From an uncultured SAR86 cluster bacterium (GTDB lineage Bacteria; Pseudomonadota; Gammaproteobacteria; Magnimaribacterales; D2472): a stretch of 64,000 bases of DNA. Under the pieces are notes generated by a model. That model saw only the letters and a list, made by a program, of their open reading frames with translations. It searched no databases and was not told the DNA's origin. A program made the translations under genes and the position numbers. Shown piece by piece: positions 1 to 9,372 of this stretch (position 1 is its first letter; the number at the start of each line of letters is the position of its first letter). Location of the stretch: contig CACNXK010000003.1 of NCBI GenBank assembly GCA_902624425.1, positions 41,798 through 105,797 on the forward strand, given 5' to 3'.

Positions 1-107
1 TCTCCAGAAACTATATTCAAGACACCAGATTGAAAATTAAAATTTATATCTTTAAGAACTTCTTCCTTCTCATAAGAAAAATTAAGTGATTTAAGAATTA
101 AATTCAT
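1..107 (-). CDS. ABC transporter ATP-binding protein, N-terminal fragment (continues off the left edge)
   Basis: Reverse-strand ATG at 105-107. My translation MNLILKSLNFSYEKEEVLKDINFNFQSGVLNIVSGE looks like the lead-in to an ABC ATPase Walker A loop. Truncated, so absent from the ORF track. Confidence 0.4.
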   Translation of the reverse strand, partial: MNLILKSLNFSYEKEEVLKDINFNFQSGVLNIVSG

Positions 108-167
108 ATTTTTATATGCCTCAATAAATGTATATATTAAACTAGCTTACTTTCTTCAAAAAGTTTT

Positions 168-1340
168 ATGTATAAATATAAGATTTTCAACAACATCGCC
201 TCCGAGGGATTAAATTACCTGCTAGATGAGAATTTAATTTTAAGTGATGATGATCCCGAAGCAATACTTTTAAGAAGCAAGGTTCTTGGTGAGGAAGACT
301 TTAATAAAAATTTGCTTTGTATCGGAAGGGCGGGAGCAGGTGTAAATAATATTCCCATTGATTTAGCGTCACATAAGGGAGTGGTTGTTTTTAATACGCC
401 TGGAGCTAATGCAAATGCTGTTAAGGAGTTAGTTTTATGTGGATTACTATTGTCTTCGCGGGGAATTATTCAAGGTAATTCTTTTGCAAAGAGTCTTTCA
501 ATAACTGAACCAAATGAGTTTAATTTAACTATTGAAAAGCAAAAAAAGAGCTTCAAAGGCTCTGAGCTCTATGGAAAAACGCTGGGAATAATAGGGCTGG
601 GAGCAATAGGCTCAATGGTTGCTCAGTCGGCAAATGCTCTTGGAATGAAATTAATAGGTTTTGACCCATATATATCTGTAGATGCTGCTTGGCGATTACC
701 AAAGGAAGTTCATAAAGCAGACTCTATGGAGGAGCTTGTTGGAACTTCAGATTTTGTCTCAGTGCACGTTCCTTTATTAGAAACTACAAAGAATCTCATT
801 TCTAGCGACTTACTAAAACATTTTAAACAAGGAGCAAAACTTATAAACCTCTCCAGAGGTGGAATTGTTAAAAATAATGATGTTATTAATGCATTGAAAG
901 ATGAAAGACTAAGTTGTTTTGTAACAGATTTCCCATCATTAGAATTATCAGAAAGAGCTAACTCAACTGGAGATGTGATTTTATTACCTCATCTTGGAGC
1001 AAGTACTCTAGAGGCCGAGGTGAATTGTGCTGTTATGGCTGCAGAACAGGTAGTAGACTTTCTTAAAAATGGGAATATAAATAACTCTGTTAATTTTCCT
1101 AAAACAAAGCTAAGCAGATCAACGGACCATAGATTAGTCATTATTAACAAAAATGAGCCTGGCATGATTGGGAAGATTGCCGAATTTATAGCAAATGAGA
1201 AATTAAACATTAGCGATATGGTTAATAAGAGCAGGGAAGATATTGCGATAAATCTTATTGACCTAGATAGCAAACCAAAAGAAGAGTTGATACATTCTCT
1301 TCGAAAAATTGAGCATGTACTATCAGTGAGACAGTGTTAA
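168..1340 (+). CDS. serA: D-3-phosphoglycerate dehydrogenase with C-terminal ACT domain
   Basis: 390 aa. 2-hydroxyacid dehydrogenase pattern GRAGAGVNNIPIDLASHKGVVVFNTPGANANAVKELV, NAD fold GIIGLGAIGSMVA, and ACT-like tail HRLVIINKNEPGMIGKIAEFIANEKLNISDM. Confidence 0.85.
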   Translation: MYKYKIFNNIASEGLNYLLDENLILSDDDPEAILLRSKVLGEEDFNKNLLCIGRAGAGVNNIPIDLASHKGVVVFNTPGANANAVKELVLCGLLLSSRGIIQGNSFAKSLSITEPNEFNLTIEKQKKSFKGSELYGKTLGIIGLGAIGSMVAQSANALGMKLIGFDPYISVDAAWRLPKEVHKADSMEELVGTSDFVSVHVPLLETTKNLISSDLLKHFKQGAKLINLSRGGIVKNNDVINALKDERLSCFVTDFPSLELSERANSTGDVILLPHLGASTLEAEVNCAVMAAEQVVDFLKNGNINNSVNFPKTKLSRSTDHRLVIINKNEPGMIGKIAEFIANEKLNISDMVNKSREDIAINLIDLDSKPKEELIHSLRKIEHVLSVRQC

Positions 1341-1520
1341 AAACAACATTTTGTAAACCTTGTAAGCTAATTTAAATACTTGATGAATGTGTAACATTTG
1401 TTCATATTTGCCCACAAGGTATGAAGTAAAATTGATATTTAAATATCGTAAACGTTAAAAACAATAAACAAGGATACTAATTTTACTTAAACTACTGATA
1501 TAAGGTTATTTATTATAAAA

Positions 1521-1542
1521 TTGATCAATTTTTGATCAATCT
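1521..1542. repeat. Two tandem 11-bp units TTGATCAATTT / TTGATCAATCT, each with a GATC site
   Basis: Read directly from the sequence. They sit in nearly pure A/T sequence about 45 bp upstream of the DnaA-box cluster. Confidence 0.7.
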
Positions 1543-1587
1543 TATCAAGACCCTTATTCTATAATGTTTTTTAATATAATATTAAAG

Positions 1588-1622
1588 TTATCCATAAAGT
1601 TATCCACAGATTCTGTGGATAA
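1588..1622. promoter_or_regulatory. Cluster of three DnaA-box 9-mers
   Basis: TTATCCATA (1588-1596), TTATCCACA (1600-1608) and inverted TGTGGATAA (1614-1622). The last two form a perfect 9-bp inverted repeat with a 5-nt spacer. TTATCCACA is the DnaA box consensus. Confidence 0.65.
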
Positions 1623-1636
1623 AATTTAAGTGTTTT

Positions 1637-2314
1637 ATGAGTAAACTTTTTAAGGGTGTTGATATAAGTTGGAAACCATTCATCGAGAGTGAGTTTCAAA
1701 AGTCATACATGCAAGAAATTAAATCTTTCTTGATAAATTGTTCCCAAAATAATGAAGTAATATATCCGCATCCCAAAGATATCTTTAAATCATTAGAGTT
1801 AACATCCTTTCAAAGCGTAAAGGTTGTGATCTTAGGACAAGATCCATATCATGGACCCAATCAAGCTCATGGGTTAGCTTTTTCTGTTAAGAAAAACGTC
1901 CCAATTCCACCCTCACTAAAAAATATTTTTAAAGAAATATCAGAGGACCTTCATAGCAATAAAAGATTATCTGGAGATCTTACCAATTGGGCTAAACAGG
2001 GAGTTCTTCTTTTAAACACATGTTTGACGGTTTTTCCTGGGAGGCCTGGCTCTCATGCAAACCTAGGTTGGCAAAAATTTACTGACTCAATAATAGATGC
2101 AGTTGATACAAAGGATAATGTTGTGTTCTTATTATGGGGCTCTTATGCACAAAAAAAGAAAGATTTACTGCTGAACAAAAATAATTTAGTTTTGGAAGCT
2201 CCCCATCCCTCTCCATTATCAGCTCATAGAGGATTTTTTGGATGCAAGCACTTTTCAAAAGCGAATGAGTTTTTAAGGAAAAACAAGATTGAGGAAATTG
2301 ACTGGTCTAGTTAG
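1637..2314 (+). CDS. ung: Uracil-DNA glycosylase
   Basis: Family-1 UDG motifs GQDPYHGPNQAHGLAFSV and HPSPLSA; 225 aa. Confidence 0.95.
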   Translation: MSKLFKGVDISWKPFIESEFQKSYMQEIKSFLINCSQNNEVIYPHPKDIFKSLELTSFQSVKVVILGQDPYHGPNQAHGLAFSVKKNVPIPPSLKNIFKEISEDLHSNKRLSGDLTNWAKQGVLLLNTCLTVFPGRPGSHANLGWQKFTDSIIDAVDTKDNVVFLLWGSYAQKKKDLLLNKNNLVLEAPHPSPLSAHRGFFGCKHFSKANEFLRKNKIEEIDWSS

Positions 2315-3038
2315 GAATAAAACTCACAAGCTTAAAAATATTCTCACCTGAGCTTATTTCTTTGAGAGTTTTTATTTTCTTTGAATCAATGTTTGTCTCA
2401 TCTTGATACTCTATGGGGATAATTTCTTTTTTCTTTTTACTAAGGTGTTCCGTTCTAGCAATAACTTCTTGACCCCGAAAACAGCCCTTTTTGAAAGAAA
2501 CATGGCTTTTATTCATCCCAAGGTCATGTGGCCTATGCATTCCTGAATCTGGGCAAGAAAACAAAAATTGACCGAGAAGTAAAATGTTTAACTCAAAATC
2601 TTCAATTGAAAGCAAACTGTCGCAACTGTCTTTAAAAATATTAATATCACAACATATTTCACCATTTGCTAATAAATAATCTTTTTCGGCTGTGTTGTTA
2701 AAGAATTTATAAGTGACCTCTCTTGTATTAGTTTCTATCTCAAGACCATAAAATTTAATAAACTTATTTAATTCCTCAATTAAAATATTTGCGCATGATT
2801 CGTCTGAAATAATTTCAATTCCATTAGCTCCTGAAACCAAAAATTCAGCTTTAATAAATCCCTTTTCATCACAGAGGCAAGATTGTATAAATTTTTTAGA
2901 CTCTAGATCCTTCAGATCAGCAGTTATTTGTCCTTGAAGGAATTCAAATACTTTTTTTTCTTCACCAAGAAAAGAAATAACTTCTTTATTGATGGTAAAA
3001 GAGCCAGGTTTGAAATATGATTCTAGTTTTTTGATAAT
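2307..3038 (-). CDS. ygfZ: Folate-binding tRNA-modification / Fe-S cluster repair protein YgfZ (start uncertain)
   Basis: C-terminal signature KKGCFRGQEVIART. The frame stays open upstream of the track start (TTG at 2840) to a stop at 3054-3056. That stretch encodes the conserved N-terminal motif FLQGQITAD. No ATG/GTG/TTG is available there, so the 3038 (ATT) start is a guess. Confidence 0.7.
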   Translation of the reverse strand: MIKKLESYFKPGSFTINKEVISFLGEEKKVFEFLQGQITADLKDLESKKFIQSCLCDEKGFIKAEFLVSGANGIEIISDESCANILIEELNKFIKFYGLEIETNTREVTYKFFNNTAEKDYLLANGEICCDINIFKDSCDSLLSIEDFELNILLLGQFLFSCPDSGMHRPHDLGMNKSHVSFKKGCFRGQEVIARTEHLSKKKKEIIPIEYQDETNIDSKKIKTLKEISSGENIFKLVSFIPN

Positions 3039-3070
3039 TACGAGTAAATTGTTTTAAATTATTTTATCCG

Positions 3071-3316
3071 ATGGAAGCTGAAATAAATAGAATTAAATGG
3101 AAATCAAGACGAGGTATGCGCGAGCTAGATCTTTTATTTGAAAACTTTTTTAAATTTCATGCTTCAAAGATTTCAAAAACTGAGCTTCAAACATTGCGAG
3201 AACTTTTAGTATATGATGATCAATCCCTATTTGATTTTATATTTAAAGATAAAACCCTTGGCAATTTAAAACATGAGGAATTTATAAAAAAATTTCTAAA
3301 AAAATATGAAAAATAA
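3071..3316 (+). CDS. sdhE: FAD assembly factor SdhE (YgfY)
   Basis: 81 aa with RIKWKSRRGMRELDLLFENF, matching the SdhE RGxxE motif. It is divergent from ygfZ, as in enterobacteria. Confidence 0.9.
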   Translation: MEAEINRIKWKSRRGMRELDLLFENFFKFHASKISKTELQTLRELLVYDDQSLFDFIFKDKTLGNLKHEEFIKKFLKKYEK

Positions 3317-3318
3317 AA

Positions 3319-3345
3319 GAACTTTTTGTGGTTTTACATGTCTTA
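3319..3345 (+). promoter_or_regulatory. Sigma-E (ECF sigma-24) type promoter upstream of rpoE
   Basis: GAACTT (3319-3324), 16 nt, TCTTA (3341-3345). This resembles the GGAACTT-N16-TCnnA pattern of autoregulated rpoE/algU promoters. Confidence 0.5.
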
Positions 3346-3363
3346 ATGATTGAGGTATGAGTA

Positions 3364-3936
3364 ATGAATATTCCTCAAAAAAATGAAGCCTTGCTTTTAG
3401 AAAAGGCGAAAAAAGGAGATAAACAAGCATTTAATCTTATGGTAATAAAATATCAACCTCGCATCATGAGTGTTTTATATGGATTTTTAAAAATTCACTC
3501 GGATGCTGAAGACTTGACACAACAAACCTTTATTAAGGCATGGACCAACCTTGAAAAATTTAGGGGAGATAGTAGTTTTTATACATGGATCTACAGAATA
3601 GCCATTAACCTTGCAAAGAATTTTGTTAAAAAGCCATCAACACAAATTGAGAAAACATCCTTATCTATTGATGATCACCATTATGATCTTCCTGAAGATT
3701 TAGATCCATTATCTTTTATTTCAAACGAGGAGTTAAAGAGTGACTTAGATAATTTTATAAGCTCAATGCCTGAAAAATTAAAAACTGCTTTCATCCTTAG
3801 AGAATACGAAGGTAAGTCATATGAAGAAATAGCTACGGTCACTAATTGTCCTGTTGGAACCGTTAGATCAAGAATTTTTAGAGCCAGAGAAGAAATAGTT
3901 AATTATTTTAAAAAAGAAGTATATGAAACAGAATGA
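3364..3936 (+). CDS. rpoE: ECF RNA polymerase sigma factor RpoE/AlgU
   Basis: 190 aa. Region 2 (DAEDLTQQTFIKAW, YTWIYRIAINLAKN) and region 4 (SYEEIATVTNCPVGTVRSRIFRARE). Confidence 0.9.
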   Translation: MNIPQKNEALLLEKAKKGDKQAFNLMVIKYQPRIMSVLYGFLKIHSDAEDLTQQTFIKAWTNLEKFRGDSSFYTWIYRIAINLAKNFVKKPSTQIEKTSLSIDDHHYDLPEDLDPLSFISNEELKSDLDNFISSMPEKLKTAFILREYEGKSYEEIATVTNCPVGTVRSRIFRAREEIVNYFKKEVYETE

Positions 3937-4606
3937 TATAAATGAATTGATATCAGCTTATTATGATGATGAGTTGACCCAAAGTGAATTGAACTATTTA
4001 CTTGAGGAAACTAGAAAGAATCCAAAGCTCTTATCTAAACTCAGTAATTACGGATTAATAAGCACAATTTCTGAAAAAAATGAGAAAGTTATTTCAATTT
4101 TTGACAATATTTCAAATTTTGTTCAGAGAAGATGGGTTAGCAATGGCTTAACTGCTTCGGCTGCTGTTCTTCTTACAATTTTATTTCTAAGTGACCCATT
4201 TGAATCAAGGTTCTCTGAATCAGACCAAATTAACTCTCAAATAAGAGATGCAATTGAAAGTGAAGAAGCTGCCAAAACTTTCAGTTTAATTGAAAATGAT
4301 CTCATACCTCATGTCATGTCAATAATAGACAATAATGGCAAATCTTTTGGAGACGATCTTGCAATAGATCTATCACCAGTAGGCTTCAATCGATTAGATA
4401 ACAATCCTGGCTATTTCGTTAAAGGTAAGAAGAAAATCCAAGTAAGGGTTGAGCCAAACACACTTGGCATTTCAGAAAATAGGTACTGGAAATCTGGTAC
4501 CAAGCTAATTTATCTTTACCCAACAGTTGATGGGAAAATAATTTCTATTTACGGAGATTTATCAATTCAAGAGGTTGAAAAAATTATACCTGTCCTAATT
4601 AAATAA
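3923..4606 (+). CDS. rseA: Anti-sigma-E factor, RseA/MucA-like
   Basis: Overlaps rpoE by 14 nt. RseA_N-like N-terminus ELISAYYDDELTQSE and one central TM segment (LTASAAVLLTILFL). Confidence 0.65.
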   Translation: MKQNDINELISAYYDDELTQSELNYLLEETRKNPKLLSKLSNYGLISTISEKNEKVISIFDNISNFVQRRWVSNGLTASAAVLLTILFLSDPFESRFSESDQINSQIRDAIESEEAAKTFSLIENDLIPHVMSIIDNNGKSFGDDLAIDLSPVGFNRLDNNPGYFVKGKKKIQVRVEPNTLGISENRYWKSGTKLIYLYPTVDGKIISIYGDLSIQEVEKIIPVLIK

Positions 4607-4609
4607 CTC

Positions 4610-5980
4610 ATGAAAAAAATTCTTTTTGTATTTCCAATATTTTTATTTTCTCTCATAGAGGCTTTTGATCAAAATATTCCTGATCTTGTCGAAGAGACTT
4701 CTCCTGCTGTTGTAAACATTACATCTAAAAGAGAGGTAACTTACTCAAATCAAGATTACTTTAGGGGAATGCCAGAAGAGTTTGAAAGATTTTTTGGAAT
4801 TCCGAGAGACTTTGGTCAGCAACCCCAAACAAGAGAATCTGTTGCGTATGGATCAGGATTCTTTTTTAAAGAGAATTACCTTCTTACTAATTATCATGTT
4901 GTGAATGAAGCTACTGAGGTAATTGTATCTCTCACAGACAGAAGAGAGTTCATAGCTGAGGTTATAGGTGTCGATATGCTTTCTGATTTGGCAGTTCTTA
5001 AAATCGAGGGAGACGATCTTCCAGATCTTCAGATGGGGAGTAGTGATGAGCTTAAGGTTGGTGATTGGGTGATTGCAATTGGGTCGCCATTTAGCTTTGA
5101 CTTTTCTGTCACTGCTGGAATTGTTAGTGCAAAAGGAAGAAGTATTCAAAACCAAAATATAGGCGGCTATGTTCCATTTATTCAAACAGATGTTGCGATT
5201 AATCCTGGAAATTCTGGTGGACCACTATTTAATCTTGAAGGCGAGGTTGTAGGCATAAACTCTCAAATCTATTCAAGAAGTGGGGGCTATCAAGGCGTTT
5301 CCTTTTCAATTCCTATTGATGTAGCAATAGAGGTTGCGGATCAAATAATTGCATCTGGTGAAGTTTCAAGAGGTTATTTGGGGGTGAGAATGGGTGATGT
5401 AGATTCAGACCTTGCACAAGCCCTTGGAATGAAAAAGCCTTATGGAGCATTAATTAACAGTATAGAAAAAGATGGTGCGGCAGATAAAGGCGGCCTTAAA
5501 ACCGGCGATGTAATTATTGAGTTTGCTGGTGAAGAAGTTAAATTTGCTGGCGATCTCCCTCATATAGTTGGAAGAAAATTACCAGGAAGTAAATCAACTG
5601 CAAAAGTTGTTCGAAATGGTAAGACAATTAAGTTAGATTTCGAACTTGGTAAGCTTGAGAGTGCGGATAACACATTTGTTCCTGCATCATCATCTGAAAC
5701 AAAATATCCCCTTGGAATCAAAGTTGAAGATTTACCAGATGATTTCGATGGTGCTGATTCCGGTGTAGTTGTATCTAAAGTAGATAATTCTGCTAGCTCA
5801 GCAACAAAGATTTTAGAGGGTGACATTATTACTGATATTCAATCAGGTTTTCAGAGATACTCAATTGAGGATTCTCAAAGCTTTGATGAAATTGTTTCTA
5901 AGTTTGAAAGTGGAGATAAAATAGCAATCTTTGGTCTTAGAGGTGGCTCAAGATTTATTGTCCCAATTACAGTTGATTAG
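4610..5980 (+). CDS. degP: Periplasmic serine endoprotease DegP/MucD (trypsin-like plus PDZ)
   Basis: Signal peptide, catalytic motifs TNYHVV and GNSGGPLFN, and PDZ-like LGVRMGDV...GLKTGDVIIEF. Confidence 0.9.
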   Translation: MKKILFVFPIFLFSLIEAFDQNIPDLVEETSPAVVNITSKREVTYSNQDYFRGMPEEFERFFGIPRDFGQQPQTRESVAYGSGFFFKENYLLTNYHVVNEATEVIVSLTDRREFIAEVIGVDMLSDLAVLKIEGDDLPDLQMGSSDELKVGDWVIAIGSPFSFDFSVTAGIVSAKGRSIQNQNIGGYVPFIQTDVAINPGNSGGPLFNLEGEVVGINSQIYSRSGGYQGVSFSIPIDVAIEVADQIIASGEVSRGYLGVRMGDVDSDLAQALGMKKPYGALINSIEKDGAADKGGLKTGDVIIEFAGEEVKFAGDLPHIVGRKLPGSKSTAKVVRNGKTIKLDFELGKLESADNTFVPASSSETKYPLGIKVEDLPDDFDGADSGVVVSKVDNSASSATKILEGDIITDIQSGFQRYSIEDSQSFDEIVSKFESGDKIAIFGLRGGSRFIVPITVD

Positions 5981-6026
5981 ATTTATCTCTTAATAAGAGG
6001 GGTTTTCATTTAAAATACCCTTACTT

Positions 6027-7814
6027 ATGAAACACATACGAAACTTTTCTATCATTGCTCATATTGATCATGGCAAGTCTACGCTATCAGATAGGTTGAT
6101 TGAGTTTTGTGGAGGATTGTCGGCTAGAGAAATGTCAAGCCAGATACTTGACTCTATGGAGATTGAGCAAGAAAGAGGTATTACCATTAAAGCTCAAGCA
6201 GTTTCATTAGAATATACACATAAAGATCAAACATATCTTTTAAACTTTATTGATACGCCGGGACACGTTGATTTTTCTTATGAGGTGTCTAGATCTTTGT
6301 CAGCATGTGAAGGTGCTTTATTGTTGGTTGATGGCTCACAAGGAGTTGAAGCTCAAACACTTGCAAATTGCTATACAGCTGTAGATCAGGGTTTAGAGGT
6401 AATTCCAGTAATAAACAAAATTGATCTTGATCAAGCAGATCCCGACAGAGTTAAGCAAGAAATTGAAGATATGATTGGACTTGATTCCACGACTGCGCCT
6501 CTTGTCAGCGCTAAATCTGGGCAGGGCGTAGAGGCACTTTTGGAAACCCTCATAGAAAAAGTTCCAGCTCCAGTTGGGTCAGTTGATGATGAGCTAAAAG
6601 CACTAATTATAGATTCATGGTTTGATCCTTATCTGGGAGTTGTTTCTCTAATAAGGATTGTTAATGGTGAAATAAAAGTAGGTGAAAAGGTTAAAGTATT
6701 TTCTACCAATCAAACCTATAAAGTTGAAGAAATAGGAATTTTTTCACCAAAAAAGATTAAGAAAGAAAAGTTATCTGCTGGAGAAGTAGGCTATTTAGTC
6801 TCGGGTATAAAAGATATTAAAGGGGCTCCAGTAGGAGATACACTGACATCTAATTTAAAAGAAGAAATACAACCATTACCTGGCTTCAAGACAGTAACCC
6901 CAAATGTTTTTTCATCGCTTTTCACAATTGATTCAGATGATTATGAGAGATTTAGAGATGCATTATCCAAACTTGCACTTAATGATTCCTCGCTAGTTTA
7001 TGAGCCTGAAGTTTCAGATGCACTTGGTTTTGGTTTTCGATGTGGTTTTTTAGGTACATTACATATGGAGGTTGTTCGCGAGAGGTTAGAGAGAGAATAT
7101 GATTTAGATTTAATTTCGACAGCACCATCTGTTCAGTATCAAGTTCTCAAAACAGATGGAGAAACTATAATTTGTGATAATCCCTCTCAACTTCCTGAAC
7201 CTAATTTTATTGAAGAAATTAGAGAACCAATTGTTCGCACGAATATTCTCACTCCAAATGAATACGTGGGCTCTGTAATTACTTTATGTAATAACAACAG
7301 AGGTGTTCAAAAAAATATGGAGTACTTTGGAAATCAGGTATCTATAGTCTTTGAGCTTCCTCTTGGAGGCGTAATTATTGATTTTTTTGATCAGATTAAA
7401 TCAATAACAAAGGGCTTTGCTTCAGTGGAGCACTCTTTGATAGGCTTTTTTAAATCTGATCTAACAAAAATTGATGTATTAATAAACAACAACAAAGTCG
7501 ATGCACTCTCGATGATTGTTCATAAATCTTTTTCTAATAGGAAGGCTAGAGAAATTGCAAAAAATCTTCAAAAACTGATTCCAAGACAGATGTTTGATGT
7601 TCCGATACAGGTTACACTTGGATCAAAGATTATCTCGAGAGAAACGGTTAAGGCATATAGAAAAAATGTTACCGCTAAACTATATGGTGGTGATGTAACT
7701 AGAAAAAAGAAACTTTTAGAAAAACAGAAAGAGGGTAAGAAGAAAATGAAACAACTTGGAAGTGTCTCCATACCTCAAGAGGCATTCTTAAACTATTTTA
7801 ATTCTGGCGACTAA
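6027..7814 (+). CDS. lepA: Elongation factor 4
   Basis: [30 protein letters not shown]; 595 aa. Canonical lepA-lepB order. Confidence 0.97.
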   Translation: MKHIRNFSIIAHIDHGKSTLSDRLIEFCGGLSAREMSSQILDSMEIEQERGITIKAQAVSLEYTHKDQTYLLNFIDTPGHVDFSYEVSRSLSACEGALLLVDGSQGVEAQTLANCYTAVDQGLEVIPVINKIDLDQADPDRVKQEIEDMIGLDSTTAPLVSAKSGQGVEALLETLIEKVPAPVGSVDDELKALIIDSWFDPYLGVVSLIRIVNGEIKVGEKVKVFSTNQTYKVEEIGIFSPKKIKKEKLSAGEVGYLVSGIKDIKGAPVGDTLTSNLKEEIQPLPGFKTVTPNVFSSLFTIDSDDYERFRDALSKLALNDSSLVYEPEVSDALGFGFRCGFLGTLHMEVVRERLEREYDLDLISTAPSVQYQVLKTDGETIICDNPSQLPEPNFIEEIREPIVRTNILTPNEYVGSVITLCNNNRGVQKNMEYFGNQVSIVFELPLGGVIIDFFDQIKSITKGFASVEHSLIGFFKSDLTKIDVLINNNKVDALSMIVHKSFSNRKAREIAKNLQKLIPRQMFDVPIQVTLGSKIISRETVKAYRKNVTAKLYGGDVTRKKKLLEKQKEGKKKMKQLGSVSIPQEAFLNYFNSGD

Positions 7815-8719
7815 TGTTTGGATTGGATAAAGATACTGGTAATTTAATAATTATAATCTCAGTCATTGGGATACTGGCATGTGTTTGTCTTTGGCTTCTC
7901 AGAAGCTTAAACCTTGTTTTAAGGAGCTATGAAATTAGAACAGTTGAAAACTACTTAAGTTGGATAGGTGTGTCTCTAGCCTTTTTAATTTTGTTAATGA
8001 TCTTTGTTACAGCTGGAGATCTAGGCATTCTTTTATTAATAGGTTCTATAGTAAGTTTTTTATTAATGCTTGCTGGGCTGGTTGCAAAAAATACAGAGAT
8101 CACAAAAACTGGAAGAGGGTGGTTCCTCCCATTTTTTTTGATTTTCATATTGAGAACTTTTCTTTATGAGCCCTATCAAATTCCTTCTGGATCAATGATG
8201 CCTGGTCTCAAAGTAGGTGACTTCATTCTCGTAAAAAAGTTTACATATGGCATCAAAATCAACAGAACTGGTTCCCCTTTAGCTTTTGAAAAAGATCCTG
8301 AACTTGGAGATGTGGTTGTCTTCATTCCACCTCATGACCATAGACCATTTGTAAAAAGATTGATTGGCAAACCAGGTGACAGAATTACCTACATTAATAA
8401 GAAGATTTATATAAATGGAAAAGCTATAAGTCAAAAACTAATAAGTGAAGAAGACAATATAAGAATCTATCAAGAGCTAATTAATAATAAAACCATCCAA
8501 ATACAACAAGTGATTACTCGAATTAATTACCCTGAGGAGTGGATTGTGCCTGAAAATAAGTATTTTGTAATAGGTGATAATAGAGATAATTCAAATGATA
8601 GCAGATACTGGGGATTTGTACCCAAAGAAAACTTTATGGGGACGGCAGACTACATCTGGATGTCTTGGGAATGCTGGACATGCATACCATCATTTAAAAG
8701 AGCAGGTAGAATTAATTAA
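7814..8719 (+). CDS. lepB: Signal peptidase I
   Basis: SGSMMPGL (catalytic Ser box), VKRLIG, GDNRDNSNDSRYWGFV. Confidence 0.93.
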   Translation: MFGLDKDTGNLIIIISVIGILACVCLWLLRSLNLVLRSYEIRTVENYLSWIGVSLAFLILLMIFVTAGDLGILLLIGSIVSFLLMLAGLVAKNTEITKTGRGWFLPFFLIFILRTFLYEPYQIPSGSMMPGLKVGDFILVKKFTYGIKINRTGSPLAFEKDPELGDVVVFIPPHDHRPFVKRLIGKPGDRITYINKKIYINGKAISQKLISEEDNIRIYQELINNKTIQIQQVITRINYPEEWIVPENKYFVIGDNRDNSNDSRYWGFVPKENFMGTADYIWMSWECWTCIPSFKRAGRIN

Positions 8720-9372
8720 TGTATCAGAAGCTTTACGAGCAAATTAATTACTCTTTTAAAAATGAGGAAATATTAGAATTAGTTCTTTCTCACAAAAGTA
8801 CTGGTGATAAGAATAATGAAAGATTGGAGTTTCTTGGTGATGCAATCCTCGGAGCTGTTATATCAGAGGATTTATATAATAGATTTTGTGATATTCAGGA
8901 GGGAGACTTAACAAGAATCAGAGCCTCACTTGTAAAAGGTTCGAAACTTGCTGAAAAAGGCAAAGATCTGGGAATTTTATCTCTTGCCAAGCTTTCAAAA
9001 GCTGCTAAAAATTTATCAGACATTGAGGGTTCCTCAATATCAGAAACTATTTTTGAGGCGTTAATAGGAGGTATTTATCTAGATTCCTCTTGGCATGATG
9101 TAAAAAGAGTTATTTTATTTCTGTATAAAAAAGATCTTGAATCAATAAATATTAATGATTCATTCAAAGATCCAAAATCAGAACTGCAAGAATATCTTCA
9201 ATCTATTGGAAAAGAACCATTGGAGTATAAATGTGAAGGATTTCATGATGGCAATCAAGAGATCTTCAAATGCCATGCTTCTTTTGGTGAGAGAAAGTTT
9301 TTCGCTGATGGCAAATCAAAAAAGAAAGCACAAATGAAAGTTGCAGAGAAAATTTTGAAATCAATAGAATGA
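8719..9372 (+). CDS. rnc: Ribonuclease III
   Basis: RNase III signature ERLEFLGDAILG plus a C-terminal dsRBD. Confidence 0.95.
   Translation: MYQKLYEQINYSFKNEEILELVLSHKSTGDKNNERLEFLGDAILGAVISEDLYNRFCDIQEGDLTRIRASLVKGSKLAEKGKDLGILSLAKLSKAAKNLSDIEGSSISETIFEALIGGIYLDSSWHDVKRVILFLYKKDLESININDSFKDPKSELQEYLQSIGKEPLEYKCEGFHDGNQEIFKCHASFGERKFFADGKSKKKAQMKVAEKILKSIE

Noticed and set aside
989-1273. Antisense or overlapping ORFs in the supplied track that lie inside well-supported genes. Examples are 989-1273, 4853-5185, 5560-5826, 7568-7771, 7951-8148, 10013-10303, 15528-15863, 17814-17996, 24048-24311, 24817-25101, 26568-26867, 31231-31503, 37730-38356, 45057-45440, 55524-55778, 57720-58076, 59300-59875 and 62540-63085.
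   Set aside because: Each is fully embedded in, or opposite to, a gene with strong family motifs. The translations are low-complexity (Ser/Leu/Ile/Phe/Lys-rich), as expected from the reverse strand of AT-rich coding DNA. No start-site context supports them.
1341-1587. Possibility that the long serA-ung spacer encodes an sRNA such as 6S.
   Set aside because: I found no convincing promoter-terminator pair and no extended structure beyond one 7-bp inverted repeat (ACCTTGT at 1358 / ACAAGGT at 1412). The sequence is nearly pure A/T. The DnaA-box interpretation fits better.
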